Of a stretch of DNA of 42,847 nt, positions 37,259 through 42,847 are shown in pieces; within the stretch, counting starts at the first letter, position 1; each line of letters opens with the position of its first letter. The stretch is taken from assembly GCA_051941275.1 (NCBI GenBank), contig JAVEBF010000034.1, positions 1 to 42,847 of the forward strand. The letters run 5' to 3'. This DNA is from Dirinaria sp. TL-2023a. Lineage: Eukaryota. The position numbers and the translations under genes are program-made. The notes below the pieces were generated by a model. That model searched no databases, was not told where the DNA came from, and was given only the letters and a program-made list of their open reading frames with translations.

Positions 37259-38158
37259 TCATAGCGCGTTCGTGTGGTCAACGACGCCCAAACTCCTCTG
37301 AATGACCTGCCGGATTTCCTTGGCAATTCCTTGGGTTGTACGGAGGTCCCACGGGACTATGTGGCCCTTGCCATGGTCGAAAATCCCAGCCGAGTCTCTA
37401 TCACAGATGTTGTACAAGGCCAAGGAAGCCCGGTGGGTGGGATCTTTTGATGCCACAATATGGGCAGTGGGGATGGCGATGCGTGCTGTTGTCTCGTCTG
37501 CAAGGAAAACTCCTTTATCTTGCCATTGCTGCGGCGGCAGCCCGCAGAGGAAAATCGCGAATTTGAATGGACTCTTTCCTTTTTGCATCGCTTGACGAAA
37601 CAGCAAAGTTGCAGCCACAGAGGCACCTTCAGAGAAGCCTAGAATACCATCGAAAGGGCCCTCCTCCTGCGGCTCAACAAACTTTTCGACGGACTCGCAC
37701 GCGCGTGTTGGGCTCATGTCGAAACAACGGTGCTGTTGCAACATTCGCACAAAATCTTCCGGGGTTGACCCGTTCCCTGCGTCCTCTGCACATGTGCGGG
37801 CAATTTCCGTCACTCGAGCCAACTGAACATCATTATCGTAGAAACGGTAATATGGACCTTCATATCGTTCAGCTATACCCACTGCAGCTGGTGCTGGAGC
37901 AGGTCCATTGATGAATCGGAGATCCAGCTCGTATGTCTTGCGGAGCTCGTACAAGACCGGGGCTGTACTTAGACTGGATCAGCCCACTCTCATTATGACG
38001 ACCAGAGGGTACTCGTCACCTAGCTGGGTTTGCAAGATCTGTAAGGGGCAATATTAGCTGCAGGTGCTTCATTGTAAGCGTGCGCGCACGCAAGGGTGAG
38101 TTCCTATCTCGGTTACATTTGCATTCATGCCGAAACCGTGCAGGCAGAGGATCTTCAT
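37259..38158 (-). CDS. FSH1-family serine hydrolase (LovG/Fub4-like trans-acting polyketide release enzyme; ~254 aa)
   Basis: Exons 38158-38117, 38038-38020, 37962-37259. N-terminus MKILCLHGFGMNAN; putative triad Ser in GPFDGILGFSEGA, Asp in ASKD, His in HGKGHIVP. Confidence 0.92.
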
Positions 38159-40735
38159 CCTGAGCTCTTCTAGGTAGTGCGTCGAGATTGTCGCCAAAGG
38201 TGTATGATAGAGACTGGTTCAAATTTGTCTGTGTCTTCGAAAGTCGATGTTGTGGCAATGTAATGTGTATTTCAAGTAATCGATTGTTTATCAAAGGTAA
38301 ACCTCGACTGTACCTCCGTCCCAATCTTCACAAGGAGCAAGTGTCTCTAGATCTGAAGTTGAGAAAGGACCAGGCCCGGATATCGCCCCGTGAGCCCTTC
38401 GTCGGAGGTGTTTGAATAACGGGTGATGTGGACGAAGCAGGAGTAGCACCCTTGAGAGCGTATGCGGTAGTCACGACTCTGGCATTGTAGAGTGCGGACT
38501 TAGCTGAGTAGCTTAAATCATCGCTGTCAAGCCGCGGAAAGAAAGGAGATTATTCAGAGATGTTTACGTAACGACACATATCTGCACAGATCATGTACGC
38601 GAAGGTGTCAGGGTGAGTCTGTGAGATCCGCACGGCTGAGTTCGGTCAATGCAAGATCTACTCGAACTATGCTCACTCAACCCAGCAATCGGTCCCTGCT
38701 TCTGGAAACGACCAACCATTTTGATTGGAGAGGAAAAGCTAGAATCGTAAAGTATCGTATGGCAGAGATTTTTCAGGTTAAGTACATACCTTACCTACGG
38801 TACATGAAGACGATGAACGATCAATCTAGCCGAAGGGAGCCTAGCGACTTGACTAACCGTACGGAGTAGGTTCCTGAGGTGCCCTAAAGTACGGAGTACT
38901 AGATGAACTGGATGCCATGTCGGGCCGAACCCTGATCGAGCTCCGATCGCGATGATTTCCAGCACCCATACATTAGGTAAAGTATTATTCCTGAGCATGT
39001 GCTTATTGCTTATTCCAAATTCTCAAGAATGTTGGATTGGATTCACCCTTCAATCACTCGTGACATGCTCGAAATATGGAGACGCCTTTGTAGCTTTCCA
39101 AAATTACCAATCTTGTCAAATTCGAGTCTACTATCTTCGCTGATCGCAGTGCCAAAGACTCAAGATGAGTCTTCGTTTTCCTTTTATTGAAAATCGAATG
39201 GGAGCTACTTTCTGCGAGACGGTTTTGATATTGCGTCGAAAAGACTGTAACACATGTGAGATATCTTCAAAAGGCAATTGTGTTTGAAAAATTTTCAAAC
39301 CTACCGGACTCAAATGATCACCGTAGCGAAGTGCCTAGCTTGGCTAGAGGGAAGTAAGGTAAGGGATCTACTGTACCTTAGTTGCCGACGCTAAATTTGT
39401 CCGGTGCATTTGATACCAGTAATACTATTGCTACGTATACGAGCATGCATTTGACATCATCATTCAGCTTGCTACCTCCATTGTGGAATTGGAGTGGCGT
39501 GCGCATATCGGCATGACATACGTGCATATTGACATGTCGGCATCGCCGACCTCTCCGGCGTGCAATTGCCATTATTGCTTATGGGAAACCGTGCATATGG
39601 GATACTTCGCCATCGCATTGCAGTTGACTGACCGTGGCTCTGCATTAGACTCGACATGCGTTCTAGACCTTTTGGACCTTGGATGACGCATTCGGCAATG
39701 CTTTGAGGCAACGAGAATATATGACAGTGACATCTCATCGGCACCTCCTCTGGCTTCCACAATCGCTTCACGATTATTGTACCCACCCACTGCAAGTATT
39801 GGCCAAACAGATAGAGGGAGTTGTCAACGCTAGAGGCAGCATGTTTCGAGACAGTTGTTGCTTGCTAGATAGACGACTCTGGCATCGGCGAGGCCGAAAA
39901 CCAGTATATGGCTATTATCAATGCTGGTCCCGTGAAGCATTGAGAGCACTTCTCATAGAATGCTGCGCGCTGTCGCTAATTTACTTAGATGTGAGGTGTA
40001 TTTTGTACTGTAGGTTGGCTCGCTGGGTGCAGAGTATGATGATTTTCCCGTTTGAGTTGATTGAAAAGGGGCTGATTTAGGGTTACCTTCGACCATATGT
40101 TGCGATAGAATGTGAAGACTCTATTTAACCCTCGTAGCAATCTCTTCACAGTAAGATCTATTATTAATTAATCACGATTATCTGCTCAAGCCTGAGATCA
40201 AGTTTTGTTTATCACCGTTTCATGTGTAAGCCATTGAATTTGCATTCTATCGTTCTCACGCGTAGTCGAGTTTAAAAACTCGATGCTTCATTTCTTAAAA
40301 TCTCATTGATTTCGTCTTAAAAGCTCAAATATGAAGTGTTGACTTTCGCGATCGATGCACATGGGTCTGCAACCTTTCATGGAAAACTTCAAGTCCAATA
40401 GGTCGATATGAGTACTCAGCCTCGCCTTTGACTTACCTTATCATTAAGGCGTCCAAAAAAGGCTTACGAAACTACGGCGCAATGTTCTCAAACGTGGACT
40501 ACGCTCCCAGCGGGCAAGTGATTGGTTAAGGATGATGATTAAAGCAAGGCACATGGGAATAGGTAATTGCCTGCCTGGTAATATAGACGTCTATGTTGTT
40601 TGCGCGTGGTGATTCGACATGAGCCCCCCCTCTGCGTGCCTTTGCCGTTCCATTCTGGGATATATAACTCCGTCGACGTACTCCAGAACACTGCGTTCCA
40701 TAATTTGCTCTATGGTAGCGTCTCAGCTCTTCCTC

Positions 40736-41717
40736 ATGGATCTTTTTCTTCTCATTCTGACTGGTCTGTTCAATCACTGCGAAGGGGGAGCAATTTTCGC
40801 AAGAAAAGTATTCTTCCACCACACAAACCCACAAAGGTGCCTGCTTACACGTACAGCTACAAAATGTCACAGTTTCAAGTGAATCCGCGGGTAATACAGC
40901 GGAGGCGATCTTCCCTAAGGCAACTCCCTTTGTTATTCCCCTACCCTCGATGCCTTCAAATTATACAGCACGAGTGACTGTCGGTACGATCCTTGCTGCA
41001 AATTCTGATCTGGCGATGACTCAGAGACCCTCTAATCCGAGCACGTTGGTGGGAGTGTCTGTCGTGGTGAGCCCAGGAGAGCCGGCGCCCGAAACACCTG
41101 CTATACATGCACCGGCTAGTCTCCTGACGCCTACAGAAACTTCCAGCGAGGTCACCGAAACCCCGAAGGAGATCAGATCGACTTCCCTAGTAACCATTCT
41201 AGCAACCATCACGCGCACGAAGTCTCAAAGGTCATCCACCCCCAACGCCGACAGTTCCGACTTTCTAAAAGTGCATGACCACTCCGCGGAAGATCTAATT
41301 ATAGGGCATAATACGCTTGCTCTGTCGTCTTTACTACTGCCGGCTCCGTCGGCATCACGCCGAAAGCTAGCTGCAGATATCCCCACGGACCAGATCCTGC
41401 CACTTTCCAAAATCTTGCGGTTGGATGTGGTTTCAAGCTCGCGGCCTACCGCCTCTTTGGGTCAAGAGAGCCGCGGACACCGTTCTCCTGAAGTGAAGAC
41501 CTACCCGAATTCGCAGAGATACATAGCTAACATGGCTCAGACAACTTCAAGAATGGGCAATTTATCTACGGCTGGATTCACAACATCAAAAGCTTCCAAC
41601 TTATCAACGGCCGGGTTGGCAGCATTCAAGGGCGCTGCTTGCGCCGGAACATCGTCTGATTTCCAATGGCGCATGCTCGCTCCCCTAGGATTGACGGTGT
41701 TCTTCGACTTTTTTTGA
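40736..41717 (+). CDS. Ser/Thr-rich secreted, probably GPI-anchored or cell-wall protein (~310 aa)
   Basis: Signal-peptide exon 40736-40807 (MDLFLLILTGLFNHCEG...), 49-nt intron 40808-40856 (GTATTC..CAG) in phase with the long ORF. Repeated NLSTAG and a hydrophobic C-terminus MLAPLGLTVFFDFF*. Confidence 0.68.
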
Positions 41718-42517
41718 GTTTGTGTTGTTGGAAACCGAGCAACATCATCAGACTGTGTACGCTGAAGCTCGCTTGGATTTGATCAGCCCTCTCGTCTGAT
41801 TCAGCTTTTCATTATCGACTACACTTTGCTTCTCCGCTGTCAATTAAACGATCAGATCAATAAAAACTTTACTTATCTCGTTATCTCACTATGATGCTCA
41901 CATTGCAACACATCACGCGATAGCATTTTGACCCTGCGTATTATTCTGCATCTTCCGAGCAATCTCCGCTCCCTTAGTGCCATCCTTTTTTTCATCGTGG
42001 ACATTCACTACCTACTTTCCACTCCATGCATTCATACTACTGACACCGTATATTTTAAATAAGGATCCAGAGTTCGACAGAGACTTGCCAAGGGACTTTA
42101 GCATGACTGAGTTTTGCTATCGTAAGCTACATACATCATTATCACTTATGTCAGCAACAAAGCGCTGACTCAAGGGAACCCCTCATTCTCCAACAGAATC
42201 CAACTCAAAAAGTCATCGAGTTCTCATTGATGGACAGATTCCATTTGTGACTTACGAGCCCCCGCACACCGCCTCACAATCTTCTATCCTCCACCACTAT
42301 CATCAAAAACAATCCTCCAACGCACAATCCGTTCTCTCGAATATTTTCCTATCCGGCTTCATTGAATAGCAAAATCTCAAAAAAAAGCTTTCCCACAAAA
42401 AATTAACCTGCCGGTTCTTTACGATCCCGAATAGGACCCCATTTCGTCCCGGTCGACCTTTTCAACGCACAATCAAACCACCATTTCAAAGAATCACTTT
42501 CACAATCATCTATCTCC

Positions 42518-42550
42518 AAAAAAAAAAAAAAAAAGAAAAAGAAAAAGAAA
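42518..42550. repeat. Poly(A)/A-rich tract
   Basis: A run of A followed by GAAAAA units, read directly. Confidence 0.8.
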
Positions 42551-42644
42551 GACCGCCGCTAGACGCACACCCCCCCTTCCTAATAGCACACCGTCTCTCT
42601 TCGTAATGGCACACCCCCCTCTTCCCATCTCAACCCCTCCTCAT

Positions 42645-42847
42645 ACTTACATGATCGATCGCTCGCTAATTTTAAAGTCATTCAAGAGACAAAGTATCAA
42701 GATTACAATGATATCGCTCAAGCAATCATGACGTTCTTTGAGCGTCGAAATGTGCACTTTTCGAAAAAAAAACTTCGAAAAGATCTTGAATATTTTCGAA
42801 CAAATTTTTAGTCGAAAGCCGAGACAGTTCTTGAAGTCAACTACTAC
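42645..42847 (+). pseudogene. Start of a second GG-free, RIP-like degenerate sequence running off the window
   Basis: No GG and one CC in ~200 nt. A coding-like frame (..LANFKVIQETKYQDYNDIAQAIMTFFERR..FRTNF*SKAETVLEVNYY) carries an internal TAG. Confidence 0.45.

Larger units (their letters stand above)
22939..38158. other. Putative polyketide biosynthetic gene cluster (OMT, A domain, HR-PKS, FSH1 hydrolase)
   Basis: Four adjacent secondary-metabolism genes. Three are co-oriented with ~650-720 nt spacers. About 2.5 kb of gene-poor DNA flanks each side. Confidence 0.85.

Noticed and set aside
36534..38700. A shared AflR-like or other motif in the cluster promoters
   Set aside because: Scattered CGG/TCG triplets, but no motif common to all four upstream regions by eye; MEME would be needed.
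39440..39720. GCAT/ATGC-rich stretch with small palindromes (GTCGGC-ATC-GCCGAC)
   Set aside because: No regular period or long stem, so it cannot be called a repeat array or an RNA gene.

Overview
Eukaryotic DNA from a filamentous ascomycete: short GT-AG introns with CTRAC-type branch sites, and secreted-protein types that suggest a lichen-forming fungus (inference). The centrepiece is a compact four-gene polyketide cluster at about 22.9-38.2 kb. It holds an FSH1/LovG-type serine hydrolase, an apparently intact 12-exon highly reducing PKS (KS-AT-DH-cMT-ER-KR-ACP, about 2563 aa), a stand-alone carboxylic-acid-reductase-type adenylation domain, and a convergent O-methyltransferase. The adenylation protein has no T or R domain and has lost the conserved A8 glycine. 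The PKS and the OMT each need a GC-AG intron. I found no intact regulator, transporter or oxidase. Left of the cluster are two SDRs, a class I PLP aminotransferase, a small Gly-rich hydrophilic protein, four secreted proteins (one metalloprotease-like but lacking HExxH) and a multiply disrupted alpha/beta-hydrolase pseudogene. A Ser/Thr-rich, GPI-like protein lies to the right. Both window ends and one internal island are almost free of GG, which suggests RIP-like mutation in a non-CpA context. All gene models were spliced by eye and each gives a length divisible by 3. Family calls rest on motif recognition, not database searches.
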